This document shows, piece after piece, positions 1-13,287 of a DNA stretch of 64,000 bases; position 1 is the first letter of the stretch, and each line of letters begins with the position of its first letter. A program made the position numbers and the translations under genes. Source of the DNA: Takakia lepidozioides (taxonomy: Eukaryota; Plantae; Bryophyta); assembly GCA_030704615.1 (NCBI GenBank), contig CM060731.1, positions 26,350,001 through 26,414,000 of the forward strand, in the 5' to 3' direction. The notes beneath the pieces are model-generated. The model was not told where the DNA came from. It saw nothing but the letters and a program-made list of their open reading frames with translations, and made no database searches.

Positions 1-3000
1 TGCCCAAGGAATCTCCGTAGACTTTTAACATTCACTGGTGGTGGAGAGGCTTTAATGGACTCTGTCTTTCTGGGATCCACAAGGAGTCCCTTCTTACACA
101 CAATGTGTCCCAGAAGCACCCCTGAGTTCACACAGAAAGTACACTTCTCTGGATTCAGGCCCAGACCTCTCATCCTGCATCTGGCCAAACATAACTCCAA
201 TTTATGCAAGTGCTCATTCTTAGAGCTGTACACACTGAAATCATCCAAGAATACCTGCATGAAATCATCCAGATACTCATGAAAAGATTCACTTATCACT
301 CTCTGAAAGGTCGCTGGTGCATTACAAAGTCCAAATGACATGACTTTGTATGCATAAGCCCCCCAGTCTGTGATGAAAGCTGTTTTCCCTTGGTCTTCTT
401 CTGCCACTTGCACTTGATTATACTCCAGCCGCATCTCTGCAACCTGCTCCCACTCTGGGTGTGCAGCAAATAGGGTAGCTTCCTGCTCCTCATCCAATCC
501 TCCTTTCCAGTCATACTCTCTGACTCCTCGAGGTCTTCTTGTAGCAAGTAATCTACTAGATTTCTTTGTGGTAATTTGTATCTCGTGTATCCCATTATGC
601 ACGGTTAGTAACTGAGAATTCCAGTCATGGAATACCCTGGCCTGTTTCAGCCACGGACGTCCCAATAATAAGGATTAAGCCTCCATGACTTCATCCATCT
701 TCAATACAGTTACTGTGATCATAAAGATCATCTTCTGTATCTGTATCTTAACTCTTCTTATTAATCCCAATGGTTGTACACTTCTTTGATCTGCCATTGT
801 TACTGTAAATGGGGCTGGTTTCATGTTACTTAGACCAAGCTTCTTCCTTAATTGGTCTGTCATGATATTTACTCCAGAACCTCCATCTATCAGTACATCA
901 GTTAGTTCTGTGCTTCCAATTCTCAATTGGATTACTGGCATAGAATCATCAAAGTCCATGACTGTTTCTCGCCCTTCCGGCTTCACATTATAACTGGTCA
1001 CCTTGCTGTTCAGGTCTATGTTTCCTGTCTCTTGGGCAATTCGATTGATTGCTTGATACAGCCTGTGCCTACAATAAGGTGCCACAGCTAATAGCTGTCC
1101 AATGGTAATTTCTGCTTTGGTCTGGCATATTACTTCAGCCAAAGTCTCTTCATTACTTTGCATGTCTGCATCTTCTTTCTTCCTTTCTTCCTCACTCCCT
1201 TCTTTTTCTCCATCAGAATCAGAGGAATCTGCCACAGGAATATCAGTACTCTTTTGCATTTCCCTTATAGTATCTGCCACTTCCTTGTGCAGTTCCTTCT
1301 CATCTTTCCAAGTCTCTTCATCTTCCGGCATATCATTGCCACTTCCATTATCATCTTCTTCCTCTTCTACTGGAGGTATTAGTTTGGCTTTACTTCTTGT
1401 TACTATCATTGTACTTACTTCTGGTACAACACATGGCCTAACCATGTGAGCTGCCACCACTGGGCCCTCATTCACAGGAGCTCTCATCTCGTTCTGGTGT
1501 CTTATCCAGAATGAACAGGCTGCCTTGCGATGTCCTGGCTGATTACAATAGTAACATAGCTCTTCACCATTGGGTCCTCGCCCTTGGTCTGTTCTTGGAT
1601 TATTTCTATAATCCTGATTCCCGGGCTGGTAATTCCCCCTTGGATTACCCTGATAGTTGCCTCTGGAATTTCCTTGGTAATTCCCTCTTGAATTACCTCT
1701 CCCTTCCATGCCATTGTTATAACCACCAGACCTACCATAGTGGTCCTGATCATTGTTTCTTCTTGGCTGGGGCTGCACCTGATGCACCCTTACTTGCCTA
1801 GGTTCACTTGCAGCTGTCCTTCTGTTGTAGTAACAATTCTCAGTAGAATGGTTATCCATTTTATAGATAGTACAGTGTTTCTCCTTCATGTGGCATTCTG
1901 TGGTGGTATGGCCTTCATTCTGGCACTTTGCACACTATACACCCTTCCTCCAATGTGTTGCAGCCTCTGTGGCATATTTCTTCAAGATTTCTTCCAATCT
2001 TTTTTCATAGTTATCCCTCTTCAACTTCTCCTTTCTCTTACTCTTCCTTTTTAGTTCTTGCTCTTCTTCTTCATCTGACTCATCCTCAGAGTCCTCATCT
2101 TCTTTTTTCTCTCTCCTGAGCATTCCCAATTGCTCAATTCTGTTTGCAGTTTCAAATGCCTCGTCCACTGTATTATGGGGTAACATATCCACTTTCTTTT
2201 GCAACTCTGGTCTTAGTCCACTCACAAACCAAGTCTTATGTAAATCGGGTGCTGGTACTGCAGCCAGCTTTTTCATCATCAATTCCATCTTCTCCATATA
2301 CTTTTCAACAGTTTCATGCTTATTCTGCTTCAGCTGTTGTAAACTTCCATACACTTCATCCTCAGTTTTACTTGTCCTGAACCTATTCCGAAATGCTGTA
2401 TTCAAGCCATTCCAGGTTAGGAAATGATTATCAGGGAATCTTGCATACCATTCACTTGCTTTCTTGATAAGTGAACAAGGAAACAGTCTCATCTTGGCAT
2501 CATCGCCATTCTCATTGTTCACTATACACATGTGCTCAAATTGGCTAATGTGTACATCGGAATCCCCCTTTCCTGAATATATTGGAAAGGGTGGTTTTGC
2601 CCGTGTTGGTTGTAACGCCATCTGTGGCCCTACCTTCTGCCCACTGACAGGTGCTGGCACCCTTACTGGTGCTAGTCCTTCTGGACCTGTTGTTTTTGTG
2701 GTGGATCTTCCACCAAGTGGTGGCCCTTGAGCACTCCCTGCTTCTAGCCCCACTATATTCACAGTATTCCCAGCTTCAGTTGCACTACTTCCCACACTCC
2801 CTGTCCCCCCAAAGCCAGATCCAGGCCGCCCGCCTGATCCCCCTGAGCCGACACCTTCGTTGGCCTGTGATCCAAGTGCTCCACTTGATCCAGGTCCAAC
2901 GGGTTGGGATGTCCTGGTTGTAGTCTCAACCTCAGCTGTTGGGTCTACTTCTTCATATTCTTCCTCTTCCAATTTCTTCTCTCTGTTTTCATCCTCCAAG

Positions 3001-3452
3001 TTCTGCCCTTGGGTTTCTTCTTCACTCATGTAACTCAACTGTAATGGTGTTGGAGAGTCTGAACTCTCCGTTGGCTCTGCCACATCCTCTTCTCCTTCTT
3101 CACCTTCTGCTTCAGAAACTGGAGTTCCTGCTTTTGGTGTTCCATGCCAACTCTTATCAAAGATTTCTGTCAAATCTTTTATCCAAGGATGTACCTCAGA
3201 TCTTTCACCTCGTGATTGATCTTCTTCCTGTACCAATTCCCTTAATTTTTCTTGCAAAGAAACAGAAGGGGTGGCATCCAACTCTAGTTCTTCCGGTATA
3301 GGTGATGTACTCTTTGATCTTAATGGTGTGAGAGGTCCAGATGATTCCCCTATGTCTATTCCTCTCTCCCAAAGATATGGATAATTAGCTTTCAGATAGC
3401 TTTCTCTTTTTGCTGAATATCTCTGGCGTCTAGCTTCTCTTTCATCACTCAT
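1..3452 (-). pseudogene. gag-pol polyprotein (retrotransposon gag, three zinc knuckles, aspartic protease, partial RT)
   Basis: ORFs 1935-3452 and 675-1889 and the region 1-674 are one frame, broken by TAG (1935-37, probably TGG) and TAA (675-77, probably Tyr). Motifs: gag (KASEWY…LKQ…ETVEKY); knuckles CAKCQNEGHTTTEC, CTIYKMDNHSTENC (degenerate), CYYCNQPGHRKAAC; protease LIDGGSGVN…LLGRPWL; RT YNQV…KTAF…MSFGLCNAPATFQR…VFLDD…LGH. Confidence 0.92.
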
Positions 3453-3473
3453 GTCCCATGTCTTTCATTTCTT

Positions 3474-4169
3474 TTAATGTGGCAATAACCAAAACTCTCT
3501 TCTGTAATATCTCTCGTATATGCCTGGGTTTCTTTCAAGCTTCAATGCACCCTTGGCTATACTTGAAGTCTCCGTTACCATATAACCATATGGCAAACAA
3601 GTTTGAAAAGCTGTTCTTGGTGTGAGTTTGATCCACAAAATATCCTTTGGAATCCAATTCTTTACCAGTACAAGCTCTTCATGCATATGAGTATAAACAT
3701 TCACCTTTCTTTCTTCCCAGCCTTCAAACTCTACTCGCTTAATGGATAGCAATGCTATCACATAAACCAATGTTGGTAACCAACGTGCCCTTCCTCTACA
3801 GGCTACCTGATAAATCTTTATCACTCCTTTCTCCAGACCCCATTCCGGATCAGCATCATGCACTCGCTTAAGAATATTTTCTTTACAACCATCTGGCAAT
3901 TCCAAGAACCTTTGAAAGAATTGTTTGGACAATCTTTCTTCCTTCGTTCCACAGGGAATTTGATTCACTTCAAATTCTTTAATGGTCCAACCACCATGAT
4001 CCCACCAGATTCCTGTCACATCTGGTTGTTCATGACTCAGTTCCCCAGTATGGTTGCCAAATGTCACGCGGCATTTACTCACCCATCCCTTCGCTATTCG
4101 AGGCGGAAACTCCAAGATAGAAGAGTTGGAAATCTCTAAGTACTCAGCCCGCGTAGAACAATCAGTCAT
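3474..4169 (-). CDS. Extra ORF upstream of gag (231 aa, unknown function)
   Basis: Uninterrupted ATG-started ORF, same strand as gag, ending 21 bp before the gag ATG; globular-looking composition. Confidence 0.55.
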   Translation of the reverse strand: MTDCSTRAEYLEISNSSILEFPPRIAKGWVSKCRVTFGNHTGELSHEQPDVTGIWWDHGGWTIKEFEVNQIPCGTKEERLSKQFFQRFLELPDGCKENILKRVHDADPEWGLEKGVIKIYQVACRGRARWLPTLVYVIALLSIKRVEFEGWEERKVNVYTHMHEELVLVKNWIPKDILWIKLTPRTAFQTCLPYGYMVTETSSIAKGALKLERNPGIYERYYRREFWLLPH

Positions 4170-4689
4170 GACCTACAGCTAGTGTATCATAGGGGTGTTT
4201 CCTATTTGTTTCCCTTTTGGCATTCATGTTAGCTACCTTACCATTGATAATTAAGTATCAGTTTGCTTTATCAATCTATTGGATTTCGTCAACTCATCCA
4301 TTCATTCCACAGCTTCACTCAGATCTCTCTACACAGTGTGATTGTATCGTAAAAGTATCCGATTATGATTTATCAGGTATCAGGCCGAAGCCATTGTGTC
4401 TCTAATCTCCTCTACAATATCATTACAGCCTTGCATATAACAAGCATCTACTCATCATCTCTCTATCTTCACTTCCGTTCTTAATCTCTGCCCGATCCCC
4501 TCTCCTCCATGACCAAGAAGTCCTCCACCGAATGATATCCCCAAATTCCCCGCTTCTCCCTTTATCTTCCTACCCGTGGTTCTAACCGTTTCCCTCACTA
4601 ACCGTCGTCTGTGAACTAACATGTTCCCTTCGCAGGTGTTGTTCCCCACAGTCGTTCCCTGTCCTGCTCTCCGTTCCCTATGATCGTGA

Positions 4690-4905
4690 CAGCTGTGTCA
4701 AGCTGTGACTGGCTGTGTGAAACTGTGACGGGCTGTGACTGGCTGTGTGGCTGTGTCGGCTGTGTCTGCTGTGACGACTGTAACGGGCTGTGTTGGCTGT
4801 GTCGGCTGTGATGACTGTAACGGGCTGTGATGGCTGTGTCGGCTGTGACGACTGTGACGGGCTGTGTCGACTGTGTCTGCTGTGACGACTGTAACGGGCT
4901 GTGTA
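4690..4905. repeat. Degenerate short-period tandem repeat (GGCTGTG/GACTGTG units) within the LTR
   Basis: Directly visible ctgtg-rich iterations. Confidence 0.85.
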
Positions 4906-5026
4906 ACCCCCCTCTACAGTGCGCTGCTGTCACCCCTAAGGCTCATGTTGGTCTCAGTCTGTGCAAAAATTAAGGGTACCCTACAGATCCCGTTTAAGTG
5001 TCTAAGTCCCAGACAGTCCTCTAACA

Positions 5027-7328
5027 AACCGTGATGTCGTATGCCCTGTCATGAACAGCAGATGTCGAAGTGATCATTGTGTACACCCGACCATATCCTG
5101 GATCGGGCACTTCCGTGGTGCTTACAACATGAGCTTGGAGCATTCTTGCGGACTCCACTTTGCCGAAGTGTTCAGCAATTGGAGGGAAACGCCGAACCAG
5201 CTTTCCATCTCGTTTGGTTGGCCACAAGTGAGGATTTGCCAGGGGGATCCGAGAGGACGCAGAAGTAGAAACACATGTATGCAGTAGGGGTTGTCTCGCA
5301 AGGGAAAAGCCTGCCTCCTCCAGCATTGCAATCTCCTGACTTGTGAGATGTGTTCCCACCTTGACGGGCCAAACGGTTGGAGGAGCTGGCTTCATCACCA
5401 CGGAAGGACGCACAGTTCCATGCATACATCTACCACAATCGTCTGCGCAGAACCAGAACTTGTGGTTCTTTGCTTCTGGTTGGCCGTATGGACGCATCAA
5501 ACCCGTGAAAGTTGGAGCATGAGTCCGGGCACCGCCTCTGGATATAGATGAAGTGCACTTCTCAAAATTAGTTGCCTTGATCGCTGTACATTTCACACGA
5601 GACCCTGCACTTGTGCGTTCTATGTGCCAAACATGGTCGGGGCATGCGGACTCCAGCACATCAAGGGGGTAGTTTCTCTCCTGCACCATTTCAATGGCAC
5701 TGTTAGATGCTGGAGCCTGCCGTCAAGTCGGAGGTTCTTCCAAAATCCAAACCAAGTGGGGTGTTCAATTTCCTCTTACATGAGCCGAATCTCTCCTCCC
5801 CTTCAAGATGTGGAACTCTAGAAACAAGTGGTGTTCCCTGGGAATACATGCTCACCGCCCGTGCTATCTTGCTTGGATCCCCAGATCTGTTTGCAGCATG
5901 CAACATCAACTCCTGTTTGTCCGGACCCTTGCCACCAGCCCCTCCTCGCAAGAAATCACGGTATCTGGTTTGTTGTTGCAAGGCACGTATCAGATCATCT
6001 GTTGTTGCCACATACAAATCCTGACCTCGTTTCCCAGAGTGTTGCAACCATGCATTGTGCACAGTCTCTGCCAAATTGCAAGATGGCATGTCTGCCATTT
6101 CCTTAATGGACATGTTCTACAAAGATCAGAACCACACTTCAAAATAGTGCACAGGGAACAACATAAAGAAAGCAATGAGAGAAAAATTTGGAAAGTAAAT
6201 GTATGAATAAAGCTAGCAATACAAGCCTCGCACCATTGTCATGGCTGCTCCCCACTGTCTGTACCTGAAGTGCCAAAACGCCAGCCAATCTTCCAATGCT
6301 CTCATACTCTCAAGCGATGCAGCTCCAGAAGAGAACCACCAAGCACGAATTGTCTAGAACAAAGTGTCCGCCTCCTTCATTGTTCTAGCATGTTTGTATT
6401 CTTTGCACAATTTACGGTGCTGTGTCTGCATCTCTGGTTTGATGTCCGATTTTGTATGTTTCTCCAAAGATTGTGTCCAATGGAATAGACATGTACGCTC
6501 TCTTCCCGGCATTGGCACTTTTGGGTCGTCTGATCCGAAGACAATTCAAACTGCATTGAAATTCGCCTGAGCACTATCTGCCATAAAACCAGCGAAATTT
6601 GGAGATGGCAGCCCATGGCAGCCCATAACACATACAAGGGAATTCCACATGAGCTTCTGGGATTCCGTATCCTCGGATTGCATGTCACAAACTGCAATTG
6701 TCATAACTCGTTGGTACACTGGATCGTAGACATGACAAGCCATTGTCGTCCAATCTTTCACTCGTTTCACATGATCAAACATAAGAAAACAATTCTGCAG
6801 GTCCCCAATCTTCTGCATCCGCTTCACGAGGCTAACCCCACTACCCTCCCCAGCAGTCGACATTTTGAAAAGAAAAACTTTGATGACACCTCGACCTGGA
6901 AAAACATTGTCCTGGATGTAGTCGTACATGCTCAGTCGTTTCAATTCCAAAATGTTGTCTATGTAGCCTCTGATCCCAGAGCCCATTCTCAATGCATTGA
7001 TCTGATGCCGAATGTTAGGTGAACTCAACGTGGAGAAATGATCCATGACAACGTCGAGTGCTGCACCGTCAAGTTTAGTCCCCACAGAATCCCCTTCACT
7101 CAAAATATGGCTTTCCAAGAAGGACTTGCTTGCGCCAAGAGCAATTGCGGATGTTGTTGCGAATGGGTTTCTCTTGTACTCCTGTTTAATCAACCTCGAT
7201 ACTGTCTCAACACTCTCCCTGTAATCCCCCTTCGAGACAGGATGGTTATGGAAACCGAAATGCACACAAGCTCTTGTCTTGGTTTTCAAACGGTGGACAA
7301 CATAGTACATTCTTGCTCCACACAGCGC
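5027..7328 (-). pseudogene. Element A transposase, 3' part (MULE DDE core and C-terminal Cys-rich region; SWIM cut off by the LTR insertion)
   Basis: RACVHFGFHNHP, MFDHVKRV (D1), FMADSAQAN (D2), RTCLFHW (CxxH), CNLAETVHNAW (E). One intron at about 6120-6233; CGA>TGA stop at 6546-48 and further lesions. Confidence 0.85.
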
Positions 7329-7548
7329 GGGGGCTGCTATTTCATGAGCGGCATGAGCATGAGCGGAAAAAAAAAAACATGAGCAGACCATTGTGAGTCC
7401 ACGGAAATAGGGTTAGGAGGCACGGAAATAGGGTCATGTGAAGTTGGAATGTGGCACCAGTGGACTTGAAATGCAACATTTTATTGCAAATTTTGTGGCA
7501 AGCCACGTCTATACAAGTGTGTTCTAACTGTCATAGCCGGAATGGGCA

Positions 7549-10500
7549 CTACTCTCCTACACCCTCCGAGGAACTTGCCCCACCTTCTTCCTCATCCCCC
7601 TCATCCCCCTCATCCTCCGAGCTCTGTGATGCATCAGTTCCACTATGCCTCTCAAAAATCCCGTCCTCTCCTTGGGGGACTGTCCACCTCACCTCCTGGG
7701 AATCTTCTGCGTCTTCTCCCCCACTTTCCTCAGCAGAATCCAAGACAAATCTACGAGCCCGACGGGCTCTAATAGCTGCTGCCTCCTCCCTCATCTTTAT
7801 TTTCTTGAGACTTGCCTCGTCTAAAATCTGCTGTACACGACTAGGTTCGGAACACCTCCTAATGGACACCAAAGCAAGCCGGGCAGCATAAGTAGGGAGG
7901 ATGTACTCCCTTTCTGGACTAGGCATGAAATCCCCCCTGGCAAAAAAAGGCACGTTCCTCCTGCCCATGAACTCCGGTGTAGACGTCCCTCCGGCAGTAC
8001 TTGGCATCCTACAGTAAGAACAAATCCACTTCAAGAATGTCAATACCAGCACAACCAGAAAGGGTTTTCAATGAAATAAGAGAGCGGAGGGAGGTGCCTC
8101 ACGAAATCTGGAGGCAACTTACAATGCCACCACTCACTCGTAAACCGGGGGCTCCTCGGCCTCGATCCCAACTTCCTCCCCCTGCTCCTTCTCGGATTTT
8201 TCCTCATCCTCCGAGGATGCCTCTTCCTCTTTCGGCAGACGTTCAGCCGCTGCAAGTTCCGAGTTGTGGAGGGCAGTATCTGGCTCGAAGGCAAACACAT
8301 GCCTGTCGGACAACGTCCCTGCCCACATTGAAGCACCTGAGGAACAAAGCGAGCGGTTAATAGCTTGCGGCATGCAATTGCAATCGGGCCAGGGGACAAA
8401 CTGAGCACGTGAAGGCTTACCCGTGCCGCATGTGAGGTCCAGAATCTGCCCTTGGACATCCGAGCACGTCTCCATGAGGGTTTGGATGAAAGCAGGGCTC
8501 CGGGTCCGGCTGTACCGCCACGGTTTGCCTGTCTTTGTGTCCTTCAGCATACTGGAGTAGGGCACATAGTTGTAGAGGACATCGTAGGTTACAGGGTCCA
8601 CAACGGCATCAACAAGACGACCGTCGTTGCGGAATTTGAACGTAGACCCTCTCTTCACAAAGCAATATGCCTCAAACACCAATGTTTGCACATCCAACAA
8701 AGAAGGGATCAACTCCAGGGTCTACCTAACATACACCACAATATGAAGTGAATGCAATAGATTGATAACTTACACTTTGGCCCTCTGTTCGCAACCCCTG
8801 TGTACTGATGCAGAACCATTTTCTGAGGAGGACCGGGGTGACACTTTTTGGTGTCCACCTTGCCACTGCATTCTCTGTGGTCTTCCCTCTCGTGGCAAGG
8901 ACAACCACACATCCACCATCATCCAGAAGCATCCCCGCCAGCCCAAACCCGGCTTTCCAGTAGTCCTCAGTAAACCTGTTCCAGGTGGGCACACCATCCA
9001 GGCCCTCCAGCAGCTCCCCATCTGGAATGTCGAGGAGAATCATGTCGCAAGCTCTCTCCACCTCAACCCCCCCCCGAGTGCTCTTGCAATTCGTGCTCAC
9101 AGCCGTGAAGAATTCCATCATGGCTTCAAAACCAGGGGTGTCTTTAGGCTCTGTACCGCCAGCCCTCTTCTTGGCTTTCCCCTTCTGCTCCGCCAGAGAC
9201 TTGCTGTGTGCCACCTTCTTCGCCCTGGCAGCGAGAGCGTCAAGGAAGCTCTCATTGACGCATTGGATGATGGTTGGAGGTTCTAGCTTTGGCCTGTGCG
9301 TAAACGTCACCGCCGAATACCGCCGTGTAGGCTCGCCCTCAAATGCCAACTTCTTGGCAGAGCCAATCCCACTCCGAACTGACTTGGGAACCCGGACGAC
9401 CGGTGACTGGGTAGGAGCAACAGCAGTCGCAGGACCTTGAACAAAGTCGTCGTCCGAGTCACTCTCTTGGGTCCCCTCCTGCGCCTCCTCCGATGCCCCG
9501 ATGGTTTTCTTCTTTTTGGGTGTTACTGCACTCACCTGTTTCCTTGTCCTTTTCCTTTGGCCTTTACTCTTCTCATGCAATTTCTCCTGAATTCCTGCCT
9601 GAGCAAGCTCTGCCGTTTTCCTGGAGTTCACAAGCGCTTTTGCCTCTTTTGCACCCAACGGAGGCAGCGGAGCCCGGTTTCGTCGGAATTCAGCATCCAG
9701 CTTCAATTGAAACTCGGATGGGTCAAGCGAGCTGGGCGGAAGGTCCACATACCAAGGGCAATCACGCAAATGTTCCAGATGCCACTCCTTCACAATATCG
9801 TCAGTGTACATGGAGTCAGCCCCAGGGTTCCTCCATGCCAGGAAGAATGGTGGCTCGAAAGACAGATGACCTTTCTCCAAAAGGGAGAACTTGCAGTACC
9901 TGCATTCATGAAAAACACAATGAGGTCCCTGAAATGCATATTCGGCACCATTTTCCCAGGTTGGGGCGGATGTGAGCGGGCCTAGAAATGGAAAAATGGC
10001 GCCGAATTTCGGTTTTCGGTGACTGCCACCCTAGGGACTTAGCCATCTTGGGAGCCCTGAACTGGAAATTCGGCGCCATTTTTCCCGGTTTGGCCCGAAG
10101 ATGGCTAAGTCCCAGAACCGCAATAGGGCCTAGAACTGGAAAAATGGCGCCGAATTTCCAGTTCAGGGCCAGCCACCCTAGGGACTTGGCCCGAAAATGG
10201 CTAAGTCCCTGAACGGCAATAGGGCCTAGAACTGGAAAATGGCGCCGAATTTCCAGTTCAGGGCCAGCCACCCTAGGGACTTAGCCCGAAAATGGCCAAG
10301 TCCCTGAACGGCAATAGGGCCTGGAACTGGAAAATGGCGCCGAATTTCCAGTTCAGGGCCAGCCAGTCTAGGGACTTAGCCCGAAAATGGCGAAGTCCCT
10401 GAACGGCAATAGGGCCTAGAATTGGAAAATGGCGCCGAATTTCCAGTTCCGGGCCAGCCAGTCTAGGGACTTAGCCCGAAAATGGCCAAGTCCCTGAACG

Positions 10501-13287
10501 GCAATAGTGCCTAGAACTGGAAAATGGCGCCGAATTTCCAGTTCAGGGCCAGCCAGTCTAGGGACTTAGCCATTTTCGGAGCCCTGACTGGAAATTCGGC
10601 GCCATTTTCCCTAACACCACATGAGGCCTCTAACATCCTGAAATGCAAGGACTTGAAAGAAAGGCAGCGCGTATGTACCTGTACAGAAGGCGCATTGCTG
10701 CTTTGTCCGCGTTCGGCTGGTCGGTGAACTCGTGGCTCCGGCGAGCATCTGCTATCTCCCGAAAGAATAGGTTGATTTTGTAGAGCAGAAAGTACCTCGT
10801 CACATAGTCACGTAGGCTCTCTGCTGCAAGAGATATCTCCATCTTGAACTGATGTGCTTGTGTGTCCAGCTGCTCTTGCGCATTCGTCGTCACCTGTGGA
10901 GATTCTCCATCAGATCGCTTTCCTGAAAAAATACAATGAATCCACCCCCTACTAGAGTAGAAGCCCCAAACGAAGCGTGGGGAAGTACCTGAAACCACCA
11001 TGTCATGCGGTTCATCCACATGTCGAATGTGGGGTCAGAGAGTTTGTCCGGTTTGGGGAAGCTCCACATGTCCCTAGTACTTTGGGAACCATTCCAGATT
11101 TGGAGCCACCGGGTCTGTCCAACCACCCAGCATATTCGTAAGCGCCAAACACCACAAAAATGAGTTGTTGCCACCACAATTTGGTTAAGAATGTATCACC
11201 TTTTCTGTTGCATCCACACAGGATGTGGCTAGAGGATGGAGCTTCTCCAATGTCATCGTGGGCTTCAGAGCGCGAGAGTAGTGCTTCCCCACCTCCACCA
11301 GAAAGTCGGCACCAAGGGCGGGATCAGCTATGGCCACGTACTTTACCATCCGCGACTTGTACTTTATGCGGGCCCTCACCTCCGCAGCTTTGACATACGA
11401 TTCGAGTTCCGGGAGGGTTGGATCTTCTCCTCTGACTCCATGTAGAACCTCCGCGCATGTGCCAAATCCTGCTGTATTTTTGTCTGTCAAGAATGTGCAC
11501 ATAAGATTAGAGATCCTGCTCAACACAATTTCTTCTATTGGAGGAGGAGAGACAGATTAGCTCAACAAAACTGTCAGGAGCTTTACCCGAAATATGTAGT
11601 CCACCATGGCGTCGACGCTCAGCCTATACCAGGTTCTGTCTGCCTTTGCCTCTGACTTGCGCATGAGGTCGGCACTTAGGGAATTGGCAAACTCTTGCAC
11701 CCCCTGCTTCCCGACATCCTTCACTCGGAAGAGCATATGGGACAAGTTGGTGGCAATGAAGGCATTCTCAGTCACCCTGCAGTGCCACATTTCCATCAAA
11801 CAATACTGAAATGGGAATTTTCATCATATATGAGGATTCGCAATGAAATGACTTCCAAATTCAAAGTCCAAAAGCGAGAGGCGTTGTAGCTTACGAGTTA
11901 ATGTCGGCCATTGCAGCTTTGAGAAGACTGCGATCTTTGGGCCCCGCAACCTTCAGCACAACACAATCCATGGCGAAATGCCAATCGAGGTCGTTGGGGT
12001 GGGCTTGGGCAATGTGCTCCATCCATGCCAGGAGGCGATGATTGCCGTCCCACACGTAGAACATCTTACCGGACAAGTGCTGGAAAAGAGGATCACTAGC
12101 AATCGATCTCTCGAACTCCTCATTTCGCGTTTGCCAATGGGGACCCCATTTGTCCACCTCATCGGAAGTGTGGGCACGGGAAGCTCCGTGGTCGTTCTCA
12201 ATGGAAACGTAAAACGCGGCAGACCCCATTCGATATCCATCCCGGAAAGAGAATTTCAGCTTGTCGATATCGCCTGGGAGGGCAGGTCTCACCACTTGCA
12301 ATGACACCAAGCGGCAAAGGGGAATTCGAGCTTGGCCGGGTACATCATGCCCCCCAGCACCCTGCCAATGTTGCTGTGGGTTGCCTCCAACATCTTGGTA
12401 GCGGCCAACTTCATATCCGCCTCAGACATGACGTCTACTGCAGAGGGGTTTTCCGGTAGCCCACCAGGACCGCCAAATCCAGCCTGTATGCTCCGGGTTT
12501 GGGGCCTGGGGATGTCCGGGAGGATGTCATCCTGGTCAAAAAGCTCCCTGTCGTCCTCCTCAACAGGGTCAGCCACCTGCAAAACCACCTCCAGCACTCT
12601 CCCCGTCTCTACTGCCCTCTCCCTGGCTTCACCTCGAACTTGCACAATCCGTGCTCTTTCTGGTGTTCTTTCCTCTCCTCCACTCTCCACCGTATGGGTA
12701 ATTGCAGGGGCTGCTCTTGCCCACGATGGTCTAACCGATGTGTTATTGCCTCTCTGTGGTGAGGGATCCACTGTCTCTGTGCGTCCCTCGCTTACATTGG
12801 CATCTGTCATTTGGGCACCCCTGGCCTCTTCAGTGGCCTTTTCTCTTTCCTCCTGGCTAGCATTCTGTCTCGTCTGTTCTTTTGCCCTCTCACGGGCTTT
12901 CTTACTAGGGCTAGCAGCAGGGGAGCCCTCCAGGACGTCCACCTTTGATTGAGGCGAACTGACACCCTCGCGCGCACTGCTCACTCCCCCCTCCGCAGCC
13001 CGTGACGGCTCTCTCGCCGGGGATTGCATTTGCTTAGCTTTCTTCTTTTTCTTTGCGTGGGCGGGCCCTACTGCATGTGCATGAACAACCTCCATTGCCG
13101 GATCTGCTATCCTCATGTCCTCACGCCCTTCACCTGCCATGCCGCCTGCACCAACCTCCCCAATGTCTATTCTGTCGTACTCTCGTTGCAAGTCCTCCCG
13201 TCCACCAACAAAAGGTTTAAGTTTGCCCTCTCGCCCCAAGTTGGGCGATTCAAACATGCGATGACTTGGAGCTGTCGATGATACCAC
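7549..13287 (-). pseudogene. Element B cargo: multi-exon ParB/Srx-like + amino-DNA-methyltransferase-like protein
   Basis: Low-complexity N-terminus; ParB-like segment (LxxxQVVRP…FYVWDGNHRLLAW; 1-nt frameshift near 12325); conserved middle region; MTase motif IV-like DMILLDIPDG (about 9020-9050); RSPAFIQTLME…ILDLTCGTG|ASMWAG…RHVFAFE (motifs X/I/II); terminal exon 7549-8008. GT-AG introns. Start codon uncertain. Confidence 0.8.
9985..10610. repeat. Intronic tandem array (95-bp period, about 5 units) containing AAAATGGCGCCGAATTTCC
   Basis: Motif recurs at 10141, 10236, 10331, 10426 and 10521. Confidence 0.92.

Larger units (their letters stand above)
1..5026 (-). mobile_element. Ty3/gypsy LTR retrotransposon (non-chromovirus type), 5' part; continues off the left edge; inserted into the transposase of element A
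   Basis: Minus strand begins TGTTAG at 5026, exactly where A's transposase breaks (…RAYDITV|C*). It is followed by LTR/UTR, an extra ORF, then gag, protease and RT in gypsy order. The inner LTR end and PBS could not be placed. Confidence 0.88.

Noticed and set aside
1935-1937. Programmed stop-codon readthrough between gag and pol
   Set aside because: The TAG falls just before a zinc knuckle where Trp (TGG) fits, and the element has other lesions; a point mutation is simpler.
12332-12952. Antisense and alternate-frame ORFs overlapping transposon genes (many in the ORF track)
   Set aside because: They shadow real coding frames and show no conservation or motifs of their own.
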